From contig NC_058368.1 of NCBI RefSeq assembly GCF_018350175.1, forward strand, positions 190,404,001 through 190,468,000: 64,000 nt of DNA, read 5' to 3'. The translations under genes and the position numbers were made by a program. Position 1 is the first letter of the stretch, and each line of letters starts with the position of its first letter. The stretch is from Felis catus (lineage: Eukaryota). The notes under the pieces were generated by a model. That model was given only the letters and a program-made list of their open reading frames with translations. It searched no databases and was not told where the DNA came from. Shown in pieces: positions 31,831-44,809 of this stretch.

Positions 31831-32632
31831 TTGAACAAGGACCAGGATCATGAGACCTTTTAAAGATGTCTTGGTATATGTTCATTCCAAACTCATCTAT
31901 ATCTTCAATCTTCTGCTTTCTACTGGAATCTTCCCCTCTGCCTGTGAATATGACAAACAAAAGCCAGTAACAACTTTCCCTTGACCCTTTAAACTCTGGC
32001 TGCTCTCCTTTCTCTTTCCTTAACTTCTGAGCCAAACTTCTCTGTTGCAAATATCCATTTCCCTGACTCTTATTTACTCCTTAAACTAATGCAATCTGGT
32101 TTCCAGCTCCACTCCTCCAATAAAGCCATTAAGCAATAATAGTTCGATGCAAATGCAGTGACTATTTCTTAATCTTTATCATACTTGACCTTTTTGTAGC
32201 ATTTGACCCCACTAACTAAACCATACTTTTTACAAACTTTCTCTTCCTTTTGCTCTCAGGGAGTGGTGCAGTTTATCCTGACTTTCTCCCTATTCTGCGT
32301 TTGTTCTTAGAATCTGTGGCTGGATCCTCTTTCTCTCTCTCCTTGAGTGTTAATGTGTCCCAGGACTCCATCTACCACTTGCTTCTTTTTTGACATCTTC
32401 TCTGCTTTTACTGGAGATCCCCAAGTTTCTATTATAGTCAGATCTCTCTCTTTAGCTTCAGACAGAGTTGTGATAGTTACATTATCAATGTTTATTGAAG
32501 TGTAGTGTTGAGCAGATTACACACAATTTAGTAGTAGAAAATCCCATTCCATAGATGGAGAAATTGAGTTCAGAGACTGACAATTGGAAATTTCTAGAAA
32601 CAGATGTGATTCCATCCATTTTGATTCTAGAG

Positions 32633-32940
32633 TTGTGCTGTTAAGTTAGCTACTAACCATATACGGTTGTTTTAAATTTACATTAATTAAAATTAAATTG
32701 AAAATTCAGCTTCTTGGGGCACCTGGCTGGCTCAGTTGGTAGAATATGTGACTCTTGATCTTGGGGTCATGAGTTCAAGCCCCACAATGGGTGTAGAGCC
32801 TATTTAAAAAAATTCAGTTTCTTAGTCACACTAGCCACATTTCAATTGCTCAATTGTCACACATGGCTAGTGGCTTCCCTACTGGAAAGCACAGTATAAA
32901 ACATTTTCATCATCACTGAATGTTCTATTGAATATTGCTG
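32633..32940 (-). mobile_element. MER3-like element interrupted by a short tRNA-derived SINE (32716-~32808)
   Basis: 8-bp hAT-type flanks TTCTAGAG/CTCTAGAG. SINE TSD AAAATTCAG(C/T)TTCTT. Confidence 0.82.
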
Positions 32941-35939
32941 CTCTAGAGACTTCCTCTAATCACATCTGGAAAAGTATTTTCCTCAGTCTCCTTTCTCATT
33001 CCGCAATGACGGGGTAATCATTATTCACAGTTACCTGTGTAACCTTCCACAACTTTCTCTAAACAAATTCATATAAAAACACCCATATAATACACATTTT
33101 GTTTTATGTTATTTTTTTAAAATGAGATCAAATTATACTTATTGTTCTGTAACTTGCTTTGTTACCTAGCAATAGATCTTGAACCTACTTCCACATCAGA
33201 CTTTTAAGAAACTGCCAAACTATTTTCCAGAGCAGATATGCCATTTAAATTCTTATAAGTTATGGTGGTATCTCATTGTGGTTTTAATTTGCATTTCACT
33301 ATTGACTAATGACGTTGAACATCTTTTCATGGCTTATTTGCCACCTGTATATCCTCTTTTTAAAAGAATGTTTATTTATTTTTGAGAGAGAGAGAAAGAG
33401 CATGAATGAGGGAGGGAAAGAGAGAGAGGAACAAAGGATCTGAAGTGGGATCTGGACTGACAGCAGCCAGCTGGATCCAGGGCTTGAACTCACTAACTGT
33501 GAGATCATGACCTGAGCCAAAGTCAAAGTTCAAAAGACTGAGCCACCCAGATGCCCCAACCTGTATATTCTTTTAAGTGAAATTTTCATTCATGTCTTTT
33601 GCTCATTTTGTGATTGGAATTTTTTATTTTGTTTACTGTTGAGGTTTGAGAATTTTTCACATATTCTACGTACTAGTCCTTGTGGTTTGCAATATATGTG
33701 GTTTGCAAATATATTCTTCCAGTCTGTAATTAACTTTTTTTCCTCTTAACAGGTTCTTTCATGGAGAAAATGTTTAAAAATTTGATGTGGTCCAATTTAT
33801 CAGTTCTTCTTATGTGAAGCACGTTTTAGTGTCTAGTCTGAAAATGCTTTGCTGACCCTAGATCCAGAAGAGTTTCTCCTATAATTTTTCCTAAACACTT
33901 AATAGTTATATGTTTTACATTTAAATTCATAATCCATTTTAAGGGTTAATTTTTATATAAAATTTGAGGTTAGGTCGAGGTTTATTTATTTATTTATTTT
34001 GCCCATGGATGTTCAATTGTTCCAACACCATTGTTGAAAAGGGCATCTTTTGGGGCGCCTGGATGGCTCAGTTGGTTAAGCGTCCGACTTCGGCTCAGGT
34101 CGTGATCTCGCGGTCCCGTGAGTTTGAGCCCCGCGTTGGGCTCTGTGCTGACAGCTCAGAGCCTGGAGCCTGTTTCAGATTCTGTGCTTCCCTCTCTCTG
34201 ACCCTCTCCCATTCATGCTCTGTCTCTCTCTGTCTCAAAAATAAATAAATGTTAAAAAAAAATTTAAAAAAAAAGGGCATCTTTTCTCCATTGAATTACA
34301 TTTGTACCTCTGTCAAAAAAATTATTGATCTTATTTATGTGAGTTTATTTCTGGGTTTTCTCTTTTTTTTTAACTGAGGTATAATTGACATATATTAATG
34401 ACATTATATTCGTTTCAAATATACATCGTAACGGGTTGATATATGCATATATTGCAAAATGATCATCACAATAAATCTAGTTAACATCTGTCATCATACA
34501 TAGTTACAAAACCTTCAAGGTTCTTTTAGCAGCTTTCAAATATGCAATATAGTATTATTGAGCCACAGCAACAATTGATGTGGTCATATGAGTTTTCAGT
34601 GGATTACATTGGTCAATTTTTTTAATGTTGAATCAGTCCTGTGCCCTTGAAATAAACCCCATTTGGTCATAGTGTATAATTCTATTTATATGTTGCTGAT
34701 TTCTATTTTCTAATATTTTGTTAAAGATTTGTGTGTCGTATTCTTTTTTTTTAATTTTTTTTAACATTTATTCATTTTTTAAAAATTTTTTTTCAATGTT
34801 TATTTATTTTTGGGACAGAGAGAGACAGAGCATGAACGGGGGAGGGGCAGAGAGAGAGGGAGACACAGAATCGGAAACAGGTTCCAGGCTCTGAGCCATC
34901 AGCCCAGAGCCTGACGCCGGGCTCGAACTCACGGACCGCGAGATCGTGACCTGGCTGAAGTCGGACGCTTAATGCTGGGTGACTGCGCCACCCAGGCGCC
35001 CCATTGTGTGTTGTATTCTTGAGAGATATTGGTGTGTATTTTTCTTTTTTGTATGTCTTTGTCTGGTTTTGGTATCAGGTTAATACTAGCTTCATGAAAT
35101 GAATTGGAAATGTTTCCTCCTCTTCCATTTTTTTTTTTGTTGTTGTTGAGAATATTGTGTAGAATTGATATTAATTCTTCTTTAAATATTTGGTAAAATT
35201 TTCCAATGAAACTATTGGGCCTGGAGATTTCTTTTGGGGAAACTTCTTTAAGTTATGAATTAAATTTGCTTTAATATTTATAGGGCTATTCAAATGATCT
35301 ATTTCATATTGGGTGACTTGTAAAATTTGTGTTTCCTGAGGAATTGGTTCATTTTATCTAAGTTGTCAGATTTATCTGGGTAGACTTGTTCTTAGTAGTT
35401 CCTTATACTAAGGTAGGGTCATCAGTTGTATCCCCAGTTTCATTTGTGATATTGGTAATTTGTGTCTTCTTTCTGTTTTTTCCTTCCTTCCTTCCTTCCT
35501 TCCTCCCTTCCTTCCTTTCTTCCGTCCTTCCTTCCTTCCATATGTATTGCTCGAAGTTTGTCAATGTCATTGTTCTTTCAAAGAACCAGCTCTTTGTTTC
35601 ACTAATTTCCATTAATGTTTTTCTGTTTTAGATTTAGTCAAGTTTTGCTTCTATGTTTGTTATTTTCTTCTTTCTTTTGGCTTGAGTTTCTTTTACTCAT
35701 CTTTGTGCATGTTCTAGGGTAGGAGCTTAGATTACTGATTTGAAAATTTCCCCCTTTCCTAATGTATGCTTTAGTACTATACAATTTACTCTCCCCATTG
35801 ATTTAGCTGTGTCCCACAAGTTCCAACATGATTTTTATTCAGCTCAATGTATGTATGTACGTATGTATGTATGTGTGTATGTATGTATGTATATATGTAT
35901 GTATTTTTACTTCTTTGAGAGATCCTCTTTGATACATGG

Positions 35940-36742
35940 TTTGTTTGTTTGTTTTTAATATAATTTATTGTCAAATTGGCTGACATACAGTGTGTAAAGT
36001 ATGCTCTTGGTTTTTGGGGTAGATTCATCTCAACAGGTGCCCTCATCCCTGCTCATCCCAACAGGTGCCCTCCTCAATACCCATCACCCACCCTCCCCTC
36101 CCTCCCATCTCCCATCAACCCTCAGAATGTTCTCAGTTTTTAAGAGTCTCTTATGGTTTGGCTCCCTCCCTCTCTAACTTTTTTTTTTTCCTTTCCCCTC
36201 CCCCATGGTCTTCTGTTAAGTTTTTCAGGATCCACGTAAGAGTAGAAACATATGGTATCTGTCTTTCTCTATATGACTTATTTCACTTAGCATCACACTC
36301 TCCAGTTCCATCCACGTTGCTACAAAAGGCCATATTTCATTCTTTCTCATTGCCACGTAGTATTCCATTGTGTATATAAACCACAATTTCTTTATCCATT
36401 CATCAATTGATGGACATTTAGGCTCTTTCCATAATTTGGCTATTGTTGAAAGTGCTGCTATAAACATTGGGGTACAAGTGCCCCTATGCATCAGCACTCC
36501 TGTATCCCTTGGGTAAATTCCTAGCAGTGCTGTTGCTGGGTCATAGGCTAGATCTATTTTTAATTTTTTGAGGAACGTCCACACTGTTTTCCAGAGCGGC
36601 TGCACCAGTTTGCATTCCTACCAACAGTACAAGAGGGTTCCCATTTCTCCACATCCTCGCCAGCATCTATAGATGGCGGCATAGGAAGACGCTGGGCTTA
36701 CCATGTCCTGCTGATCGCTTAGATTCCACCCACATCTGCCTA
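35940..36742 (-). mobile_element. Young L1 3' fragment (35940-36672) joined to a short unrelated or inverted segment (36671-36742)
   Basis: ORF 36225..36605 is the L1 ORF2 C-terminus. The match to the 48046-48834 L1 breaks after CAGCATCTATAG. Confidence 0.9.
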
Positions 36743-37202
36743 TATGATTTCAACTTTTAAAAATTTGTTGAAGTTTGTTTAATGACCCAGGATGTTGCCT
36801 ATCTTGGTATATGTTCTGTGATAACTTGAAGAGAATGTATATTCCACTATTAATGGGTATTTGTAAATGTTGATTATATCTTGTTGGCTATTGTGTAATG
36901 GCGTTCAATATCCTCGCTGATTTTATGCCCAGCTACTCTTTCAGTTATTGAGAGAGGGGTCTTAAAGTATCCAGCTATAATTGTCAATTTTTCTATTTCT
37001 TTTAGTTCTGTCAGTTTTTGCTTCACATATTTTACAGCTGTTTGGTGCATATACATTTAGGATTGCTATGTCTTGCTGGACGGTCATTCTCCTTTCCTGC
37101 CTCTGGTAATATGTTTTGATTTGAAGTATACTTTACATGATGGCAATATAACTGTTCATGCTTTCTTGGATTAATGTTCAGATTAGTGTTTGCTTTGTAG
37201 TA

Positions 37203-37258
37203 TCTATATTAGTTTGCCAGAACTGCCATGACAAAATACTACAGATTGTGTGGCTTAA

Positions 37259-37334
<76 letters not shown>

Positions 37335-37637
37335 ATTCTCTCACAATTCTAGAGGGAGGAATCTGAGATCAAGGTGCCAGCAGGCTTGGTTTTCTCTGAT
37401 GAATCTTTGGCTTGCAGATGGCTGCTAAGTCTCATTATGTCTTCACTTTGTAATCCCTTTAAGTATTTTTGTGTCCTGTTCCCTCTTCTTATAGGAACAC
37501 TAGTCATATTGGATTAGGGTCAACCCCTACTTTAAACGTAATTACCCTTTTAAAGGACGAAATACTGTTACAGTCTGCAGTGCTGGAAGTTAGGGCTTCA
37601 ACATGAATTTGGGGGCAATACAATTCAGCCCATAGCA
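37203..37637. mobile_element. MLT1-like (MaLR) solo LTR containing a (TA)n(TG)n microsatellite (~37259-37334)
   Basis: TATTAGTTTGCCAG...TGGCTTAAA...TCTCACAATTCTAGAGG...AATTCAGCCCATAGCA pattern. Confidence 0.75.
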
Positions 37638-38600
37638 GTATATTTTTCTATCCTTTTATTTTCAACTTGCTGATCCGTGTATATTTGAAGAATAAATATC
37701 ATATAAACTGACAATGCCTTTTAATCCACTCTTCTAACATCTCCTTTTTAACTGAGGTATTTAGACCATTTTCATTTAATATAACTCTTGATACATTAAG
37801 ACCTAGGTTTCCCATTTATATATATATATAACTTTTTTTTCTTTTTCTTTTTCTTGCCTTCCTGTGGGTTACTTGGCTGTTTTTTAGGATTCCACTTTGA
37901 TTTATCTGTCATGTTTTTGAGCGTGTCTCTTTGTATAGATTTTTAGTGGTTTCTCTACTTATTGTATAATACATGCATAACTTGCCACAGTCTACTAGTG
38001 TCAATATTTTATCAGTTTGGATGAAGTATAGAAACTTAATCTCCCTTTACCTCCTCCCACTTATAATTGTGTTAAATATTTCCTCTACATTAATTAAGAA
38101 CTTCCTTCATCTGAGAACGTCTTGAACGTCATTTTGCCAGATATAGAATTCATGTTTGACAGTTCGTGTCTTTATCACTTGAAAATGTGTCACTTCCTTT
38201 GACCTCCATGGTGTCAGATGAGAAATCCGCTGTTACTCAAATGAGTGTTTCCCCCCAAAACAATGAGTCATTCCCTCTTGCTGCTTTTAAGATTTTTTTA
38301 TTTGTCTTTAACTTCAGAAATTTGACTTATGTGTGTGTGCGTGTGTGTGTATGTGTGTGTGTATGTGTGTGTGTATGTGTGTGTATGTGTAATTATTTTC
38401 TGATTTCTCTTGTTTGAGGTCTTCTCAGCTCCTTGCATCTGTAAGTGTCTTTCTTCCCCAACTGAAAATTTTCTAGCCATTATTTACTACCATTGTTTCA
38501 ATTCCACTCTTTCCATCCTCTCCTTCTGGAACTCCAGTGATATGAATGTTAACTCTTTTGTTTTAGTTGTTCAGGTTGCTAAGACTCTGGATTTGTTTGT

Positions 38601-38633
<33 letters not shown>

Positions 38634-38943
38634 CTCTCCGTCACTCAGATTGGGTAAATTTGTTAATGTTCTCAAACTCTCTGTGTCTCTCCTCCATTAT
38701 CTCTATTATAGTATTGAACATATCTGTCAAGCTCTTATTTCAGTTATTTTATTTATAGTATTTTTCAATTCCATGATTGCAGTTTGGTTCATCTTTGTAA
38801 CTTTTATTTCTTTGTTCACAGTCCTAGACATTTTTAGGAACAAGCATACTTTTTCTCTAAATATTTCACTATACATCTTTAAATTGTGAAATAAAATTTG
38901 TATGTAATCACCATTATTACACCTATAAAACCAATGATAATTC

Positions 38944-39164
38944 TTTTTGTTTTTAAAGTTTATTTATCTTGAGAGAGAGAGAGAGGGAAAGAGAGCATGA
39001 GCAGAAGGAGGGACAGAGAGAGAGAGGGAGAGAGAGAATTCCAAGCCAGTTCTACACTGTCAGTGCAGAGGCTGGTGTGGGGCTCGATCCCACCACCCTG
39101 GGATCATGACCTGCGCCAAAATCAAGAGTCAGATGCTTAACTGACTGAGCCACCCAGGCCCCCC
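38944..39164 (-). mobile_element. CAN-SINE
   Basis: TSD AAACCA(A/G)TGATAATTCTTT. Confidence 0.9.
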
Positions 39165-39587
39165 AAACCAGTGATAATTCTTTATTACTAGTCTAAATTT
39201 GAATTTCACTGATTTCCCCCAAATGTCTGTTTATAATTGTTTCATCCAAATTAGTATCCATACAGGACCTATAGACTGCATTTTTTTGCTTTGTCTTTTA
39301 ACTTTCTTCTCATCTAGAATAGTGACTCCTCACTTTTTTCCATGCCATTGACTTGTTGAAATACTAGATAGTAATTCTTTAAAATGTCCCACCTTGTGGG
39401 CTTTCCAGATTGTTTCATTCCCTATAAACTGGAAGTTTAAGATAAATGCTTGATTAGGTCCAATTTCAATATTTTTGTGAAAAATACTTCATAAGAGGTG
39501 TTATTAAAGTGCTATTTCTAGTAGTAAAAAATTGAGGTATAGAACCTAACTATCTAGTAAGGAGGACTTACTTAAATAAATTATGAC

Positions 39588-39790
39588 AGGGGCACCTGGG
39601 TGACTTAGTTGGTCGAGCATCCCACTCTTGATTTAGGCAGAGGTCATGATCTCAGGGTCATTGGAGTGATCCCCATGTTGGGCTCTGAGCTGAGTGTGGA
39701 GCCTGCTTAAGATTCTCTCTTTCCCTCTGCCCTTCTTCCCTGCTTGTGCTCTCCATCTCTAAAATTAAAAAAAACAATAATTAATAAATA
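39588..39790 (+). mobile_element. CAN-SINE
   Basis: GGGGCACCTGGGTGACTTAGT head and A-rich tail. Confidence 0.88.
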
Positions 39791-40382
39791 ATGACATATC
39801 CATAATGTGCAACCAATACTGAAGACATGAAGAAATATTCAGTAAGAAGAGTGCTTGAATACAAATTTGAGAATGTGACCCATGTTCATATTGTGGTAAA
39901 TGAGAAAAGCTGGTCGCCAAAGCTAAGATACACCCCGCGTGAATATGGGTGGTAGGATCTACATCACAACCCCGTTGATTAGTGCTGGGGTCAGTAAGCT
40001 ATTTGTCCTGTTTTTCCTTTGTAGGAAATAAAGAAAAGAAAGATCTGTAACGGTCTTTCATTACTTTGTAATAACACTAACATAAAAGCAATGGAAGTCA
40101 TCTTCCAGTAGATAATCAAAAGAATAATAAAAATAATAAAATTAAAAAAAATTAAAAATGTAAATAAATAGCTTAAATGTACACCCCAGAAATAAGACGG
40201 TGTAAAGAGGATGTGAACCTCTGCGGTTTCCTGTAGGTTCCTCAATGCCTTTAAACTACCTTCTTTAAAGAGGGAATGCAGAGTGAAGCAAAGCAGCACA
40301 TGACCGGCTTTAGGAGTCACTTACACTTGAAGCCCAGAACGTGGGAAAGGAGGCAGACAAGACACATGAGAAAAGAAATGTA

Positions 40383-40565
40383 AGGCGCATGGGTGGCTCA
40401 GTCTGTTAAGCATCCGACTTGGTTTTGGCTCAGGTCATGGTCTCTTTGGGGGTTAAAGCCCCACATCAGGTTCTGCGCTACTAACACGGAGCCTGCTTGG
40501 GGTTCTCTCTCCCTCTCTCTTTCTCTCTCTCTCTCAAAATAAATAAAGAAACTTTAACAAAAGAA
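40383..40565 (+). mobile_element. CAN-SINE
   Basis: GGCGCATGGGTGGCTCAGT head, (CT)n, A tail. Confidence 0.88.
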
Positions 40566-41519
40566 ACAAAATGGAAACATCCCCCAGTTTAATAAGTAGG
40601 GCTGGTAGCTGCTCCTTCTCAACCCGGAGCTTCAGTGAGCCCTCAGCATGTGAATGCCCCACCCTATGACTGACATACACTGGGCAGTCACTCTAGGCAC
40701 AGTCCAGGCCATGTCATGTGGACAGCCCTCCCTCATGCCCGTGGTAAGGGGCACTAGAGGCCAGCCAGGCCACAGCTGTGAAAGGAGGCCTGACTTCTGA
40801 GGCCTCACCGTTTCCTCTCTGGGGTCCTTCTTGTATGCCGCCCGCACCTTTCTCACTTCCTAGTGCCAAAGAGTCCTCCTCCGGGACCCCATCACCACAC
40901 CCACATTGGTTCTTACTGTGTATTTATTTTGCAGGAAGCATCTCTGTGAGGCAGGGTGGGGTGGTGCCCTGGTGTTCAGGCTCTAATCCCCTGGAAGAGT
41001 CTGACTCTACCTCTTGCTAACCTGAATCCTCAAGCAAGTAATTTACAAGTCAGTTTCTTTACAGTGTCCTTAGAAACACAGCATGTGAGCTTGAAGGGTT
41101 TCCAAATATTTAACATCCGATGGTTGTTTTGTTAGGTTCCCAATGGCATGTTTTGGGGTTGAAGCTCAGGAACTTTTTTCTCTACTTTCTCCTCTCTTCT
41201 TTCCAACTAAGTATTTAGCAGAGAAAAGAATTAAAATAACTTAAAGGATATGTATTTTTTCCCTGAATTGTTATGTAAAATTTAACACAGCTAAAAAAAA
41301 AAAAAGAGCAGAAAACAATTACTCTTTTTCTCTTTGCTTACACCCACTCCCCCATTTATCAAAGGGAAATCTTTGTTAGCTGAATCTGTTCCAAGGTTGT
41401 TTCTTTGTCCTGGGCTTAGTTTTACAAGTGCTTAAGAAAAATTCCTTACATTTCTATAGAGCTTTACATTTTACAATGTGTTTGTACATACTTTGTGTAA
41501 TTTTCTCCCCTAGCACTTT

Positions 41520-42275
41520 TAAAAGCAGCTATATTGAGGTACATTTTACCTATAATAAAATTCACTCATTTTAAGTGTACATCGTATCGGCAAACGAGTA
41601 CAATTATCTAAGCACCACCACACTCAAGATGCAGACATTTCTTTTTTTTTTTAATTTTTTTTTAACGTTTATTTATTTTTGAGACAGAGAGAGACAGAGC
41701 ATGAACAGGGGAGGGGCAGAGAGAGAGGGAGACACAGAATCTGAAACAGGCTCCAGGCTCCGAGCTGTCAGCACAGAGCCCAATTCAGGGCTCAAACCCA
41801 CAAACCGTGAGATCATGACCTGAGCCGAAGTCGGACGCTTAACAGACCAAGCCACCCAGGCGCCCCAAGATGCAGACATTTCTATCACTCCAGCAAGTTC
41901 CCATGTGTCTCTTCTCAAGCAATGCCCTTCCTTCCCGCCCCAGCCTCCAGCAACTACTGATCTGTTTCCTTATCTCTACAGTTTTGCCTTGTTTTAGAAT
42001 TTCCTTTGGATGACACGGTAGAGTATGCAATCTTTTGTGTCTAGATTTTTCACCTGGCCTAATGTTTTTGAGATGCATCAGTGTTGTTGCACGTGTCGAT
42101 AGTTTGTTCCTTTTTATTGACGACTAGCATTTTGGTGCGTGAACATTCCAGTTTTTGACTACTGGGAATAATGTTACAGACATTGATGTACTTGTATTGA
42201 CATAGTTTTATTTCTCTTGGGTAAATATCTAAGAGTGAAATTGCTGTGTCTATGGCAAGTGTCCATTTAACTTAC
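41520..42275 (-). mobile_element. Old L1 3' end with a nested felid SINE (41642-41866)
   Basis: SINE TSD CAAGATGCAGACATTTCT. Flanks read as an antisense L1M-type 3' UTR. Confidence 0.8.
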
Positions 42276-42632
42276 TCCTAATTGTTTATGGGAGGATGTT
42301 TTGACTCATCACAAAAACTCTAGACCAGCGGAAGGCAGCTCTTCCTACTTTACAGATAAGGAAACTAAGGCACTAGGAAAGTTTTGTGCTTTACTCAAAC
42401 TTCTGCTGTGAAACTTTGGACATGCTAAGATTAGGACATAGACACCTACTATTCACTTGCCTTTTCATTTTTTGTTTTCTTTCTCTTTAGATCTTTTGTT
42501 TTAATGTGAGAATGTAAGTTAATTGTACACAAAATTTAAAAATGTAGATATGTAAAGAAAAAGGAGCCAACAATTGCCTGTTTCCTCCACTCAGAGGGGA
42601 CCATTGTTAATGCTTTTTGTATCATTGCAGGC

Positions 42633-42670
<38 letters not shown>

Positions 42671-44490
42671 CTTCCTGCAAAGACAGTTAAGATTGTGTGT
42701 AATCTTTGTGTCCTGATTGCCACATTCAGTCATGAAGATCATTCTCCCCACTTCTGTCCTGAAGATCTTTTCACATTAATAAATACACACCTACAACATC
42801 CTTTTAAGAGGTTGCTGAATCTTTGTATTGATGATTCAGTATGAATTTTTATATTGATGGCACATGACAGTTGGTTATTTTAGATTTTGTGCTATTATTA
42901 GCAATAATCTGATATTCAGTTTTAAGAACTTATTTGTATCTCCACCTATTTGTAAAGCATACCTATGCATTTTGAGATGAATCATTTGATTCTAGATTTG
43001 CTGTTCTTTAAAAGTGTAACTTTGATTTCTTTCCAAGTATACCCTAGAGATGTGGGTGAGGGGATTGGTCTCGCTGTGGAAATGAGAAATGGAACTCATC
43101 TGAGTGAAGAAATAGGTCTGTTATGTAAGACGCTTAGGTGGTGAGTTTTGTACTTTGTCTCAAATATTTTTTTGATATGAAAAAAAATCCCTCCTACCTC
43201 CCAAAAGAGGAACATGGAGTAAAAATTTGGCAGCAAAGAGTCTGCAAGGAACAAGCTGCCTTTAGCAATGCAACTCCAGAAGTTTCACTTCTGTCTCTTC
43301 CTCTTCTCTGCCCAAGAGGGAAAACTCTTAAAATGCATGGAGCCAGTTGAAAAGAGCTTCAATATTAGAGTGGGGACAGAGCTGATGTCAGACAAAGAGC
43401 CAATTCAGTAACCGGCCAAAATGACAGTGGTAAAAATAATCCAGTTCCTCTCTATAAGTGTCCATTCCCAAATGGTCTCTGTGCAGTTATATGAACTAAA
43501 CTTATTCCCCTTGAGTTCCCATAAAGAATTACTCTTCTCAAATCCTCTTTGCCAGAGAAAACAGTAGAATAAAAAAGGCAACAGAGAGATTAATTCACAC
43601 TTAAAATTATTTTCCACTTCTGTTGCTTCATTTTCTAAAAAAAGTATTTTCAGAGACCTGAGGTAGAAGGAAGTTTGGTATCATTGAGTTCGGTCTCCTC
43701 ATTTTATAGATGAGGAAGTAGGTGGAGAATATAATGTTTAGATTTCACTTTGATCTTTATTTTCTTTTCCTCTAAAGATCGAGTTCTTCAGTTCTGGGCT
43801 TCTGTAATGCTTTTTGAAAAGAGTTGTTTCCCTACTCACTCCTTGATTTCCTTGACTGGACTGGTTTTCCTAGGAGAAAAGTATTTTCTGTCGTTATGGA
43901 GTACAGTATAAACCTCTCAGGACTAGTTCCATTCAAGAAATGACCTGTTCAACTTCCTTCCCTCAATCCGCTCCCCTTTTCTCTCTCTTTTACCTTTCTT
44001 GTTTCTTTCTTTCCTGTTTCAGAGAAAGAAATAGTCTTGTTCCTACAAAGAAAAAAGTTTTCACATGTAGTCTGTTACCCCCTTTTGTTTCATACAGTTT
44101 TTTTTGAAAGGTAATCCATGTTAACTGAATACAAAATAGAAAGTAGTCTCTATTTCAGCAAAACTTGTCTGAAAAATATAAAAGTAAGGTATAAATCACA
44201 CTAGCAAGAAAGTATGTAGTAGTTAATAAAAAATGCATGAAACCTTTATGAAAAAAAAATTGAAACTCTGTTAAGGAACACAGGACAACCTGATGTGCCG
44301 AGCTAATGAATGGAATGATTTAACATTTGTAAATATATCCATTCTTTTTTAATAAATCAGGTCATTTAGGCCAGTTGCAATAAAAATCCAACACGATATT
44401 TTTTCCTGATTTTATTGAGATATAATTGCAATGTCAGATTGTGTTAATTTTAGGTGTACAACATACCTTAGTATGTGTGTATATTTCAAA

Positions 44491-44560
44491 ATTATTACCA
44501 TAATAAGTACATACATTATTACCATAATAAGTACATACATAAGTACTTACATAATAAGAT
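44491..44560. repeat. 24-bp tandem duplication (ATTATTACCATAATAAGTACATAC x2 plus partials) inside an L1 3'-end remnant
   Basis: Read directly: units at 44491-44514 and 44515-44538. Confidence 0.85.
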
Positions 44561-44809
44561 GGATGTCAACATCCATCACCTCACAGTTATAAATCTCTTT
44601 CTTGTGATAAGAAGTTTTAGGATTTACCCTTTTAGCAATTTTCAAACATACAATATAGCATTATTAGCTTTAGTGGCCATGTTGTAATTACATCCCAGAG
44701 CTTATTTATCTTATAACTGTAAGTTTGCACCTTCTGACTACCTTCACCTATTTCACCGCTCCCCCCATCCTCCTTATGGACTCTATTTAAGCACTCAACA
44801 ATTGATTCT

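Larger units (their letters stand above)
33200..38820 (-). mobile_element. Fragmented old L1 hosting SINEs (~33361-33558, 34052-34270, 34744-35002), a young L1, an LTR and microsatellites
   Basis: T-rich antisense L1 text. Minus-strand ORF2 fragments 35403..35612 ('ETKSWFFE…ITNITNETGDTT') and 36874..37056 ('KYVKQKLTELK…FKTPLS'). Confidence 0.82.

Noticed and set aside
38410..38889. 159-aa ORF with a poly-Cys run
   Set aside because: It is a (TTG)n repeat in a degenerate antisense L1 region, with a non-ATG start and no splice or domain support.
39895..40000. Slightly CpG-richer, high-complexity stretch as a foreign insert or ncRNA
   Set aside because: No recognisable RNA motif, TSD or stable structure by eye; cannot be supported without a database search.
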